The notes under the pieces were generated by a model, which worked only from the letters and a program-made list of their open reading frames with translations, made no database searches and was not told the origin of the DNA. Of a stretch of 64,000 bases of DNA, positions 19,632-29,490 are shown in pieces; the first letter of the stretch is position 1, and the number at the start of each line of letters is the position of its first letter. Origin of the DNA: Gammaproteobacteria bacterium. Its GTDB lineage: Bacteria > Pseudomonadota > Gammaproteobacteria > Burkholderiales > Gallionellaceae. The position numbers were made by a program, and so were the translations under genes. The DNA lies in contig JAHJNJ010000017.1 in assembly GCA_018820925.1 (NCBI GenBank), positions 8,064 through 72,063 of the forward strand, given 5' to 3'.

Positions 19632-22600
19632 ATGAACCGAAAAAACCTGAGTATCGTCGCTTCTGTGTTCTCGATGTTCGTTCTGACGCTGTGGCTCACG
19701 CAAGATCATGACGAAGCTGCGCAGACCGCGTCTTCATCCAGCGAGGCAAAGCTGGTAGCGACCAATGCAAAGCCCTCCGCGAATCCATCGGCGACATCTG
19801 GCAAGTCCGGAAACGGTACTTCCTCCACCCGGCAGCATGATCGATATGCAACACAAGGCGCGCTGACCGCTCAAGCAACGTCCGTCGCAACACCTCCTGC
19901 CCGCAACGGCGCAAATAACGATCCATCCAGCTACAATTCATCTCCGCTTCAATCTTCCCTTCAGGCGAAAGCCAGGGTCGAACCAACACCGCTTGAACCA
20001 CGCGCCGATCCATATGCATTGAAGGCCAACAGCGGCAGCGTCAATGTCCGGTTCAGCGTCAGGCTGATCGGGGATGCCGATGCATCGACCAGGGTCTATC
20101 TGCGCCAGGACGGGGCGAATGGCGTCATCGCATTGAACGACCGGGGCGCGGATGGCGATATCGTCGCCGGAGACAATATCCACGGCGGCAACATCGTGCT
20201 GGACACTTCACGTCTGCAACCGGATACCTGCCTGAGTTACATCGCAGCGCTCAGGGATGGCGAGAGCGAAACCGTTTCGTCGCCGCTGAGCTTGTGCATC
20301 AGCAACCTGCCGGTGCGTACTGCGGCATCGAACACCGACAACCCTGTTGTGTTCGCCGACGGCTCCAAAGCCGTTGCGGATGAAATACTCGTCACTGCTC
20401 TACCCGGCACCAAGATTGCCGCGATACAGGCCCTCGCCGCCAGCATCAACGCCACCATCGTCGGCAGTATCCCGCCGCTGAATCTGTATCAACTCAAACT
20501 CGCCGCACCTGCCAGCGAAGCACAGTTGGTTGCGTTGGTTGCGCAATTGAATACGCAGCCTGAGGTGAAGGCGACATCAGTTAATGCGGTTGGCAGTTAT
20601 GCATCCACACCCAACGACACGGAATATGGGAACCAGCATGGTTTGCAACGAGTGCGCGCACAGGACGTGTGGGATAACGGGGCGACGGGAAATGGGGTGA
20701 TCGTCACCGTGCTTGATTCAGGATTAGATCGCTCGCATCCTGATTTTGGAGTGCCCGGCAACTGCCAGTTGGCAACAGACGCAACACCGGGCGTGGCAAA
20801 TACAGATTGTGGTGGTACGAACAATGATTCTTTAGGCCACGGAACGCAAGTCGCTGGTGTGATTGCCGCGAAGACCAACAATGCATTGGGTGTGGCTGGG
20901 GTAGCGCACGGCAGCAGGATACATTCGATTCAAGTAAGCGCTACTGCTCCTTCTCTTGTGGAAATGATGCAAGGCTTTACTGATGCGGCAGCCTATGGAG
21001 TCGCTTCGGTAATCAATGCCAGTTTCGCTGTTTTGGTATCGCCATCCACAAACGTATCTGGTCTATGTAACAGGATAAATACAGCGGTATTGAATGGAAC
21101 GAATGCTGTTGCGGTGGTGGTCAATGCGGCCGGGAATAGCAGCACCAACGACTACTACTATCCAGGTCGCTGCAACGTCAATGATCTAGCGAACCATATA
21201 GGTCAACATGAGATGCTTACCCGCAAAGATTTATTCATCACTGTAGCGAATAGCGCATCTGTGGCCGATGCGGCATGCGGTTCCGTTGGGATTGATCAGC
21301 GATGCAGCACGAGTAATTATGGCGCCTGGGTGGATATTGCAGCACCGGGTACACAAATACGAACGACCGCAATAGGTGCGCCTCAACCACCGGCTGGAAA
21401 TTACGCCAGTCCGTCAGGTACTTCATTCTCTGCACCAATGGTCTCCGGGGCTGCTGCGATATTGAAGCAGTGCGGCGTGCCTTTGGATCAAATTGAATCG
21501 AAACTCATGACAGGTACCATCCCGTCTATCCCTATAGTGTCTGTTCCGTTCCCTGATGGTAGCAGCGCACCGCGACTGGATATCTATCGTGTCTTGGCGC
21601 ATCTTAACCGTGCCCCCACTTCAGTTAATCTCACCAACAACAGTCTCAATGATGGTACCGACACCACGACTGGCGTGGAGGTTGGTACCCTGACGTCTGC
21701 CGATCTCGACACTTGCGACAAGCATAGCTACACAATCAATGGGGGTGCCGATGCCGCCAAGTTCAGCATTGGTGGTGCCGCATCCGACAGGCTGATACTG
21801 ACTGACGGGGTGCTGAACTATACAAACCAGTCCAGCTATACAGTCATCGTTCACGTGACAGACTTTTTCGGCGCAACACATGATCAAGCGCTGACGGTGA
21901 ACGTAGCCGCCGTGAACCACGCCCCAACCATTTCCAGCCAGACTTTCCGCACCAACGAGGACACTGCCAACAGCACGACTGTTGGAACGGTACTCGCAAG
22001 CGACCCGGACAGCGGCAACGTGCTCACTTACAGCATCACTGCGGGCAACACGAGCAGTGCCTTCAGCATCAACGCCAACACGGGGGTGCTCAGCGTCAGC
22101 AACAGCACGGCACTGGTTTACGCGACCAACCCGACTTTCAGCCTGACCGTGACAGTGACCGATGGCGGCGGGTTGAGCGCTAACGCCACGGTGACGGTGA
22201 ATGTCAACAAGGCTCCGACCCTCTCGAATCAGACTTTCAGCGTCAACGAGAGCGGTGCCAGCGGCACCGTTGTTGGAACGGTGCAGGCCAGCGATGCGGG
22301 CGATACGTTGAGCTACAGCATCACGGCAAGCAGCCCCAGCACTGCCTTCAGCATCAATTCATCCACGGGGGTGGTTAGCGTCAGCAACAGTGCGGCTTTG
22401 GTTTATGCGACCAACCCGACTTTCAGCCTGACCGTGCAGGTCACGGACACGGGCGGATTGACCGCGTCAGCCACGGTGACGGTGAATGTGAACCCGCCGG
22501 GTACGCCGACAAATAACGCACCGGTTATCGCCAATCAAACCTTTGTCGTTGCCGATAGTGCTGCCAACGACACGGCGGTCGGGTCGGTAGTCGCCAGCGA

Positions 22601-23018
22601 CCCGGATGCGGGCGATAGCCTGAGCTTCAGCATCACGGCAGGCAATACGGACAGCGCCTTCGCCATCAACCCGGCCACAGGGGTACTCAGCGTGAGCAAC
22701 AGCGCGGCGGTAAGTTATACGACCAATCCGACGTTCGGTTTGACCGTTCGCGTGACCGATGGCGGCGGTTTGACTGCGGCGGCGACTGTGACGGTGAATG
22801 TGAATGCGCCGACTTCTCCCCCACCCGCGTCTGGTGGTGGCAGCCCAAGTGGCGGTGGCGGCGGGTGTTCGGTGATGCCTGTTGGGGCTGATCCTGATTT
22901 GTCCCTGATCCTGGCGGTGCTGGGTTTGCTGGCTTATGGGTTGCGACGGCAAGGAACTATTGCTTATAAATCCATACTCGCGGTCGCAATTTCAAAAGTA
23001 ACGGGGAAACCAGTATGA
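19632..23018 (+). CDS. S8 subtilase with cadherin repeats and GlyGly/JDVT-type C-terminal sorting signal (paralog 2)
   Basis: VLDSG / GHGTQVAG / GTSFSAPMVSGAAA; cadherin repeats; GGGGCSVMPVGADPDLSLILAVLGLLAYGLRR. Confidence 0.87.
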   Translation: MNRKNLSIVASVFSMFVLTLWLTQDHDEAAQTASSSSEAKLVATNAKPSANPSATSGKSGNGTSSTRQHDRYATQGALTAQATSVATPPARNGANNDPSSYNSSPLQSSLQAKARVEPTPLEPRADPYALKANSGSVNVRFSVRLIGDADASTRVYLRQDGANGVIALNDRGADGDIVAGDNIHGGNIVLDTSRLQPDTCLSYIAALRDGESETVSSPLSLCISNLPVRTAASNTDNPVVFADGSKAVADEILVTALPGTKIAAIQALAASINATIVGSIPPLNLYQLKLAAPASEAQLVALVAQLNTQPEVKATSVNAVGSYASTPNDTEYGNQHGLQRVRAQDVWDNGATGNGVIVTVLDSGLDRSHPDFGVPGNCQLATDATPGVANTDCGGTNNDSLGHGTQVAGVIAAKTNNALGVAGVAHGSRIHSIQVSATAPSLVEMMQGFTDAAAYGVASVINASFAVLVSPSTNVSGLCNRINTAVLNGTNAVAVVVNAAGNSSTNDYYYPGRCNVNDLANHIGQHEMLTRKDLFITVANSASVADAACGSVGIDQRCSTSNYGAWVDIAAPGTQIRTTAIGAPQPPAGNYASPSGTSFSAPMVSGAAAILKQCGVPLDQIESKLMTGTIPSIPIVSVPFPDGSSAPRLDIYRVLAHLNRAPTSVNLTNNSLNDGTDTTTGVEVGTLTSADLDTCDKHSYTINGGADAAKFSIGGAASDRLILTDGVLNYTNQSSYTVIVHVTDFFGATHDQALTVNVAAVNHAPTISSQTFRTNEDTANSTTVGTVLASDPDSGNVLTYSITAGNTSSAFSINANTGVLSVSNSTALVYATNPTFSLTVTVTDGGGLSANATVTVNVNKAPTLSNQTFSVNESGASGTVVGTVQASDAGDTLSYSITASSPSTAFSINSSTGVVSVSNSAALVYATNPTFSLTVQVTDTGGLTASATVTVNVNPPGTPTNNAPVIANQTFVVADSAANDTAVGSVVASDPDAGDSLSFSITAGNTDSAFAINPATGVLSVSNSAAVSYTTNPTFGLTVRVTDGGGLTAAATVTVNVNAPTSPPPASGGGSPSGGGGGCSVMPVGADPDLSLILAVLGLLAYGLRRQGTIAYKSILAVAISKVTGKPV

Positions 23019-26000
23019 GCCATAAAAACCTGAGCATTGTCGCTTCTGCATTCTTGCTGTTCTTTATGATGCTGTGGCTCACGCAAGATCATGATGAAAG
23101 TGCACAGACAGCGACTTCACCCAACGGAATGAAGCCGCTTGCGAGCAATGCAAAACCCTCTGCCATGTTTTCAGCAACATCTGACAAGTCCCGAAACGGA
23201 TCCCCCGGCACCCCTCAGCATGATCAATACGCAACTCAAAGCGCGCAGTCCGGTGAAGCCACCTCCGCCGCAACAACTCCTGCCCGCAACAGCACAAACA
23301 ACAATCCATCCAGAGACAACTCATCCCCGCTTAACTCTGCCATTCAGGCGAAAGCCAGGGTCGAACCAACACCGCTTGAACCGCGCGCCGATCCATATGC
23401 ATTGAAGGCCAACAGCGGCAGCGTCAATGTCCGGTTCAGCGTCAGGCTGATCGGGAATGCCGATGCATCGACCAGGGTCTATTTGCGCCAGAGCGGTACG
23501 GATGATGTTGTCGCCATGAACGATCAGGGCATGAACGGCGATCTTGTTGCAGGAGATAACATCCATGGTACGAACATCGTGCTGGATACGTCCAGGCTGG
23601 CACCGGATACTTGCCTGAACTACACCGCCATGTTGAAAGAAGGCGAGCACGAAGCGCTTTCGTCACCGCTGCGCTTGTGTGTAAGCAGCTTGCAAGTACG
23701 GGTGACGGCATCGGATACCACTAACCCCGTTATCTTCGCCGATGGCACAAAAGCCGTTGCCGACGAGATACTGGTCACCGCTCAGCACGGTACAAAAATC
23801 GCCGCGATGCAGGCCCTCGCCGCCAGCATCAACGCCACCATCGTCGGCAGCATCCCGCCGTTGGACTTGTATCAACTCAAACTCCCCACCCCCGCCACCG
23901 AAGCGCAACTGACCTCGCTTGTTGCGCAATTGAATGCTCACCCTGAGGTGAAAGGAGCTTCGGTCAATGCGATAGGGGAAGCCGCCGCCGCGCCAAACGA
24001 TCCTGAATATGTAAACCAACATGGTCTGCAACTTGTCCGTGCGCAGGATGTGTGGGATGCAGGTGCTACAGGCAGTGGAATTATCGTCACCGTGCTGGAT
24101 ACGGGTATTGACCGCACACATCCTGATTTTGGAACAGTGGGAAATTGCCAACTAGCAGAGAATGACTGCGGCTCTGCGAATACCGATGCTGCGATAGGCA
24201 CAACCCTTGCTGGGCACGGCACGCAAGTCGCGGGTGTTATTGCAGCAAAGACCAACAATGCCTTGGGTGTGGCAGGTGTCGCGCCTGGCAGCAAGATTCA
24301 TTCGATTAAGCTCGCAGACTACACTGCAGCAGGAATGGTGCAAGGTTTCACCGATGCAGCCACCTACGTTAGTGCTTCTCTAATCAATGCCAGTTTCTAC
24401 GGTGAGTGGGACCCATCAAGTTGGGTATATGCATCAAGCCTAACGGCTTTATGCACCTCAATCAATTCTGCCGTAGTGAATGGAAATACACCTGTCGCGG
24501 TGGTCGTCAATTCAGTTGGAAATAACGGCATGAATGGCAATTTCTACCCTGCGCGATGCAACGATTCCACAAACGCCCTACATGGGCAACTAACCCGCAA
24601 AGATTTACTTATTACCGTTGCCAATAGTATTTCCTCGCTACCCGTTGACCCACTTTGCGCAAACGCCGTTGCTGTAGATCAACGCTGTGGTGGTACATCC
24701 ACAGGAATCTACTACACCAGCAATTATGGTGCGTGGGTGGATATTGTCGCGCCTGGTGCGCAGATACGTACGACCACATTAACTAATGCCGGAAGCTACA
24801 CCAGCCCTACAGGCACTTCATTCTCATCCCCCATGGTCGCAGGCGCGGCAGCCATACTGAAACAATGTGGAGTACCACTTGGCGACGACCCAGCAACGCC
24901 ATCGGTTACAGAAGGAATCGAACACGTATTGAAAGCAAGTGGTGCCAATGTAATGGTTTCATTCCCCGACGGCAGCAGCGCCCCACGCCTCGACATCTAC
25001 CGCGCCCTCGAACTAGTCAACCGCCCCCCCACAGCCCTGGCAATCTCCAACAGCAGCCTTCTCAGCAATCTCAACACCTCAGCCGGAGCCGAGGTTGGAG
25101 CGTTGAGCAAAACGGATCCCGACACGTGCGACAAGTGGACTTACAGCATTGTGGGCGGCGCAGATGCCGCATCGTTCAGCATCGGCGGCACTGCTTCCGA
25201 CAGACTGATACTGACTGCCGGCGTGTTGAATTCTGCAGTCAAGTCCAGCTATGCCGTTACTGTCCGTGTAACGGACTATTTTGGAGTGCCGTTCGATCAG
25301 CCAATGACGGTAAACGTAACTTCCGTGAACAACCCGCCCACCATTTCCAACCAGACCTTCCGCATCAACGAGAGCAGTGCCAATGGCACGGCTGTGGGAA
25401 CCGTGCTCGCCAGCGATCCGGATAGCGGCAATGTGTTGAGCTACAGCATCACTGCGGGCAATACCAGCAGTGCCTTTAGCATTAACGCCAGCACGGGCGC
25501 GCTCAGCGTCAATAACACTGCAGCATTGGCAGCCAACCCGACTTTCAGCCTGACCGTAACAGTGACCGATGGCGGCGGATTGAGCGCTAACGCTACCGTG
25601 ACGGTGAATGTCAACAAGGCTCCGTCCATTTCCAACCAGACTTTCAGCATCAACGAAGGCAGTGCCAATGGCACGTCTGTCGGGACGGTGATAGCCAGCG
25701 ATGCGGGCGATACGTTGATCTACAGCATCACTGCAAGCAGCCCAAGCAGTGCTTTCAGCATCAATTCTTCCACGGGGGTGATCAGTGTCAGCGACACTAC
25801 GGCGTTAATTTATGCAACCAACCCGACTTTCAGCCTGACCGTGCAGGTAACGGATAGCGGTAATTTGTCTGCGTCTGCCACGGTTACGGTAAATGTGAAC
25901 CCGCCGGGAACACCAGCAAACAACGCACCAAGCATTGCCAATCAGACGTTTGCCATCGACGACTGTAGCGCGAATGGCACTGTCGCAGGTTCGGTACTCG

Positions 26001-26371
26001 CCTCGGACCCGGATGCAGGCGATAGCCTGAGCTTCAGCATCACGGCGGGCAACACGGACAGCGCCTTCGCCATCAACCCGACCACGGGGGTGCTCAGCGT
26101 GAGCAACAGTGCGGCGGTGAGTTATACGACCAATCCGACTTTCAGCCTGACTGTGCAGGTGACTGATAACGGCAGCCTGAGCGCGAATGCCACCGTGACG
26201 GTGAATGTGAATGCGCCGACTTCTCCCCCACCCACTTCTGGTGGTGGCAGCCCAAGTGGCGGTGGCGGCGGGTGTTCGGTGATGCCTGTTGGGGCTGATC
26301 CTGATTTGTCCCTGATCCTGGCGGTGCTGGGTTTGCTGGCTTATGGGGTGCGGCGGCGGCGGCAAGTTTGA
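23015..26371 (+). CDS. S8 subtilase with cadherin repeats and GlyGly/JDVT-type C-terminal sorting signal (paralog 3)
   Basis: VLDTG / GHGTQVAG / GTSFSSPMVAGAAA; same architecture; ends YGVRRRRQV. Confidence 0.87.
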   Translation: MSHKNLSIVASAFLLFFMMLWLTQDHDESAQTATSPNGMKPLASNAKPSAMFSATSDKSRNGSPGTPQHDQYATQSAQSGEATSAATTPARNSTNNNPSRDNSSPLNSAIQAKARVEPTPLEPRADPYALKANSGSVNVRFSVRLIGNADASTRVYLRQSGTDDVVAMNDQGMNGDLVAGDNIHGTNIVLDTSRLAPDTCLNYTAMLKEGEHEALSSPLRLCVSSLQVRVTASDTTNPVIFADGTKAVADEILVTAQHGTKIAAMQALAASINATIVGSIPPLDLYQLKLPTPATEAQLTSLVAQLNAHPEVKGASVNAIGEAAAAPNDPEYVNQHGLQLVRAQDVWDAGATGSGIIVTVLDTGIDRTHPDFGTVGNCQLAENDCGSANTDAAIGTTLAGHGTQVAGVIAAKTNNALGVAGVAPGSKIHSIKLADYTAAGMVQGFTDAATYVSASLINASFYGEWDPSSWVYASSLTALCTSINSAVVNGNTPVAVVVNSVGNNGMNGNFYPARCNDSTNALHGQLTRKDLLITVANSISSLPVDPLCANAVAVDQRCGGTSTGIYYTSNYGAWVDIVAPGAQIRTTTLTNAGSYTSPTGTSFSSPMVAGAAAILKQCGVPLGDDPATPSVTEGIEHVLKASGANVMVSFPDGSSAPRLDIYRALELVNRPPTALAISNSSLLSNLNTSAGAEVGALSKTDPDTCDKWTYSIVGGADAASFSIGGTASDRLILTAGVLNSAVKSSYAVTVRVTDYFGVPFDQPMTVNVTSVNNPPTISNQTFRINESSANGTAVGTVLASDPDSGNVLSYSITAGNTSSAFSINASTGALSVNNTAALAANPTFSLTVTVTDGGGLSANATVTVNVNKAPSISNQTFSINEGSANGTSVGTVIASDAGDTLIYSITASSPSSAFSINSSTGVISVSDTTALIYATNPTFSLTVQVTDSGNLSASATVTVNVNPPGTPANNAPSIANQTFAIDDCSANGTVAGSVLASDPDAGDSLSFSITAGNTDSAFAINPTTGVLSVSNSAAVSYTTNPTFSLTVQVTDNGSLSANATVTVNVNAPTSPPPTSGGGSPSGGGGGCSVMPVGADPDLSLILAVLGLLAYGVRRRRQV

Positions 26372-26480
26372 AACCTAACCCCCTCCAACTCCCCCTTATG
26401 CGAGCATCCGCTGCGCGAATTGCCTGCTTACCGGACTTTGTATAGCAACTGTGTGCTTCAAAAGATACTTTTTCCTTGGG

Positions 26481-26530
26481 TGTTGGCTGATTTGACAACA
26501 TGATTTAATGTTGGCATAGTGGCCAACATG
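26481..26530 (+). promoter_or_regulatory. Sigma70-like promoter with overlapping operator palindrome; probably leaderless
   Basis: TTGACA 26492-26497, 17 bp, CATAGT 26515-26520; ATGTTGGC-N6-GCCAACAT 26508-26529 covering -10 and ATG 26528. Confidence 0.7.
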
Positions 26531-26812
26531 TCAGCCCAACTTATTGCACGCTTCAAAAACATCACAACCGATGGCGCTCTTCTTGAGGTTGTTGTGTGGA
26601 AAGTGCCCGAACCTGTGCCGCCTACGGACCATGGCTATAAATATAGAGCGGTCTATGTGGTGGATGGAATTCGCGTAGTGGGATTTGATAATGAGCGCGG
26701 CAAGGGCGATCACTGCCACCTCGACGGTATTGAAGCGCCCTATGCTTTCAGGGGAGTGGAGCAGTTAATCGAAGACTTTATTGCGGCAGTTGCCGCCAGG
26801 AGAAAACCATGA
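26528..26812 (+). CDS. DUF6516 (TumE-like) putative toxin
   Basis: HGYKYRAVYVVDG.RVVGFDNERGKGDHCH motif; 94 aa; overlaps HTH gene. Confidence 0.75.
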   Translation: MSAQLIARFKNITTDGALLEVVVWKVPEPVPPTDHGYKYRAVYVVDGIRVVGFDNERGKGDHCHLDGIEAPYAFRGVEQLIEDFIAAVAARRKP

Positions 26813-27162
26813 CCGAACGTTACCTTACCATAACCATGCAGCCTGACTGGAAGGGTGCTTTACGCGCTATGGGGCAAGCAGCCAAGGCGGATACCTACCA
26901 AGGTGAAGTGCTTAATTTCGAGAGCCCCGGTCACTTCTTTGGCCAACTCTCTGAAAAGCGCTGGGAGATTGTCCGTGCCGCACAAGGTAAAGGTGAACTA
27001 TCGGTGCGTGAACTAGCTCGTGCAGTTGGGCGCGATGTTAAGCGCGTGCATGAAGACGTAGTTATTCTGGCTGAATTGGGCTTGCTGGAACGTACAGAGG
27101 GAGGTGGTGTGATGTGCCCTTATACTTCCATGCACATTGACATGTACCTAAAAGCGGCTTGA
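26809..27162 (+). CDS. HVO_A0114-family HTH protein, putative antitoxin
   Basis: LSEKRWEIV, SVRELARAVGRDVKRVHEDV..L.ELGL HTH; ATGA overlap with upstream gene. Confidence 0.75.
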   Translation: MTERYLTITMQPDWKGALRAMGQAAKADTYQGEVLNFESPGHFFGQLSEKRWEIVRAAQGKGELSVRELARAVGRDVKRVHEDVVILAELGLLERTEGGGVMCPYTSMHIDMYLKAA

Positions 27163-27246
27163 AACATCGAGACTTCGCACTTCTTGTGAACGCGCCGGTG
27201 TTGATTGGACACAAGCCAAGCGTGCTGCCCTGCCTAATTCAGTGAG

Positions 27247-27300
27247 GTAACCCCCCGGCTATGCCGGGGGATTCAACAAGGTTTGACCTATGCGGCGGGC
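27247..27300 (+). mobile_element. IS200/IS605-like end hairpin without transposase (remnant)
   Basis: CCCCCCGG-CTATG-CCGGGGG hairpin followed by GGTTTGACC, recalled as typical of IS200-group ends; no Y1 transposase follows. Confidence 0.4.
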
Positions 27301-27468
27301 ATGCATAGCCATTGAGCGGTTGGGCGGCAAGCCGTATTTTGTTTAATCCAATTGATCCGGCGGTCCCTTCAAATACCCATACTAGCGTACCCAAACCCAC
27401 ACCCGCCGATGCCGCTTGCCTAACCGCCCGATTTTGACAACAATGGCAGCCAGTAACCGGAGCCCCGA

Positions 27469-27924
27469 ATGCCAAAACAAGCTGTAGCCGATTTCACCCT
27501 GCCCGCCACCGGCGGTGTCGATTTCACGCTTTACCCCATCCGCAGCAAATCGTTGGTGATTTATTTCTATCCCAAGGACAGCACGCCGGGTTGTACCACC
27601 GAGGCGCAGCAGTTCCGCGATTTGTATGCCGAATTCAAGGAAGCGGGCAGCGAGATCGTCGGTATTTCGCGCGACGGCATCAAGTCGCACGAAAACTTCA
27701 AAACGAAATTCACGCTGCCGTTTGCATTGCTTTCCGATGAGGAAGAGAAGGTATGCAACCTGTTCGGCGTGCTGAAGAAAAAGCTGATGTACGGCAAGAC
27801 AGTACACGGCATCGAGCGCAGCACCTTTGTGCTCGATAACAAGGGCATCATCCGCAAGGAATGGCGCGGCCTCAAGGCGGACGGCCACGCAGATGAAGTA
27901 CTCGATTTTGTTCAAACAATTTAA
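27469..27924 (+). CDS. bcp: Peroxiredoxin BCP
   Basis: YFYPKDSTPGCTTEA, IERSTF. Confidence 0.92.
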   Translation: MPKQAVADFTLPATGGVDFTLYPIRSKSLVIYFYPKDSTPGCTTEAQQFRDLYAEFKEAGSEIVGISRDGIKSHENFKTKFTLPFALLSDEEEKVCNLFGVLKKKLMYGKTVHGIERSTFVLDNKGIIRKEWRGLKADGHADEVLDFVQTI

Positions 27925-27932
27925 AGGACAAC

Positions 27933-29345
27933 ATGAACGCTCGTAAAGCAACACCGGACAACGTCACCAAACTTTTCGTGCTGGACACCAACGTGCTGAT
28001 GCACGACCCGACTTGCCTGTTCCGCTTCGAGGAACACGATGTCTATCTGCCGATGTTCGTGCTGGAGGAGTTGGACAATAACAAGAAGGGCATGACGGAA
28101 GTCGCGCGCAACGCGCGCCAAGCCAGCCGCTTCCTGGATAACCTGGTCAGCTCGAGCGAAGAGAACATCGACGAAGGCGTGCCGCTGGATGCCCTGGGCA
28201 ACAAGAACGCAACCGGGCGCTTGTATCTGCAGACCAAATTCATCAACGACCCGATACCGGCGACGCTGGCGAACGGCAAAGCCGATAACGCCATTCTCGG
28301 CGTGGTCAGCCATCTGCACACGCAGCACAGCAACCGCCAGATTGCGCTGGTCAGTAAAGACATCAACATGCGCATCAAGGCGCGTGCGCTGGGCCTGGCG
28401 GCGCAGGACTACTTCAACGACAAGGTACTGGAAGACACCGACCTGTTGTATACCGGCGTGCGCGAACTGCAGGCGGATTTCTGGGACAAGAATGGCAAGG
28501 ACATGGTGTCCGGCACCCAGGGCGCCCACACTTTCTACAATATCAAAGGCCCGGATTGCCGCGACCTGCTGGTGAACGAGTTTGTGTTCCAGGACGACCC
28601 CAACAATCCGTTCTATGCGGTGGTCACCGCGCAGGACAGCGGCTCCGCCACGCTGCGCACCCTCACCGACTACACGCACAGCAAGAACGGCATCTGGGGC
28701 ATCACCGCGCGCAATCGCGAGCAGAACTTCGTGCTCAACCTGCTGATGAACCCGGAGATTGATTTCGTCACGCTGCTGGGCCAGGCCGGCACCGGCAAGA
28801 CCCTGCTCACGCTGGCGGCCGGACTGATGCAGACGCTGGAACACAAGCTCTACACCGAGATCATCATGACCCGCGTCACCGTGCCGGTGGGCGAGGACAT
28901 CGGCTTCCTGCCCGGTACCGAAGAAGAGAAGATGTCACCGTGGATGGGCGCGCTGGACGACAACCTCGACGTGCTCAACAAGTCCGACGACGAGGGCGGC
29001 GAATGGGGCCGCGCCGCCACGCGCGACCTGATCCGCAGCCGCATCAAGATCAAGTCGCTCAACTTCATGCGCGGCCGCACCTTCCTCAACAAATACCTGA
29101 TCATCGACGAGGCGCAGAACCTGACGCCCAAGCAGATGAAGACGTTGATCACGCGTGCCGGTCCCGGCACCAAGGTGGTGTGCATGGGCAACATCGCGCA
29201 AATCGACACGCCCTACCTGACCGAGGGCAGTTCCGGCCTGACCTATGTGGTGGACCGATTCAAGGGCTGGGCGCACAGCGGCCATGTCACCCTGATGCGT
29301 GGCGAACGCTCGCGGTTGGCAGATCACGCGGCGGAAGTGCTTTGA
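27933..29345 (+). CDS. PIN-PhoH (PhoH2) family ATPase
   Basis: N-terminal PIN FVLDTNVLMHDP; Walker A GQAGTGKT; RGRT, DEAQN. Confidence 0.92.
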   Translation: MNARKATPDNVTKLFVLDTNVLMHDPTCLFRFEEHDVYLPMFVLEELDNNKKGMTEVARNARQASRFLDNLVSSSEENIDEGVPLDALGNKNATGRLYLQTKFINDPIPATLANGKADNAILGVVSHLHTQHSNRQIALVSKDINMRIKARALGLAAQDYFNDKVLEDTDLLYTGVRELQADFWDKNGKDMVSGTQGAHTFYNIKGPDCRDLLVNEFVFQDDPNNPFYAVVTAQDSGSATLRTLTDYTHSKNGIWGITARNREQNFVLNLLMNPEIDFVTLLGQAGTGKTLLTLAAGLMQTLEHKLYTEIIMTRVTVPVGEDIGFLPGTEEEKMSPWMGALDDNLDVLNKSDDEGGEWGRAATRDLIRSRIKIKSLNFMRGRTFLNKYLIIDEAQNLTPKQMKTLITRAGPGTKVVCMGNIAQIDTPYLTEGSSGLTYVVDRFKGWAHSGHVTLMRGERSRLADHAAEVL

Positions 29346-29371
29346 AACCAAGGCCCACAGTTGATGCGGCT

Positions 29372-29459
29372 GTAGGTGCGAATTTACCTCGCAGAGGTTC
29401 TTGCACCCTGTGGGTGTTCGCACGCCCGTTAAGTCATGTGCGAATGAATTCGCACCTAC
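29372..29459. repeat. GTAGGTGCGAA REP inverted pair
   Basis: gtaggtgcgaatttacctcgca ... gtgcgaatgaattcgcacctac. Confidence 0.75.
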
Positions 29460-29490
29460 ATAGGCAATGTAATCTACCGGGTTCTCAATC

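Noticed and set aside
21915-26210. Regularly spaced repeats that might suggest a CRISPR array
   Set aside because: They are in-frame ~100-aa cadherin domain repeats; no short repeat-spacer structure or cas genes.
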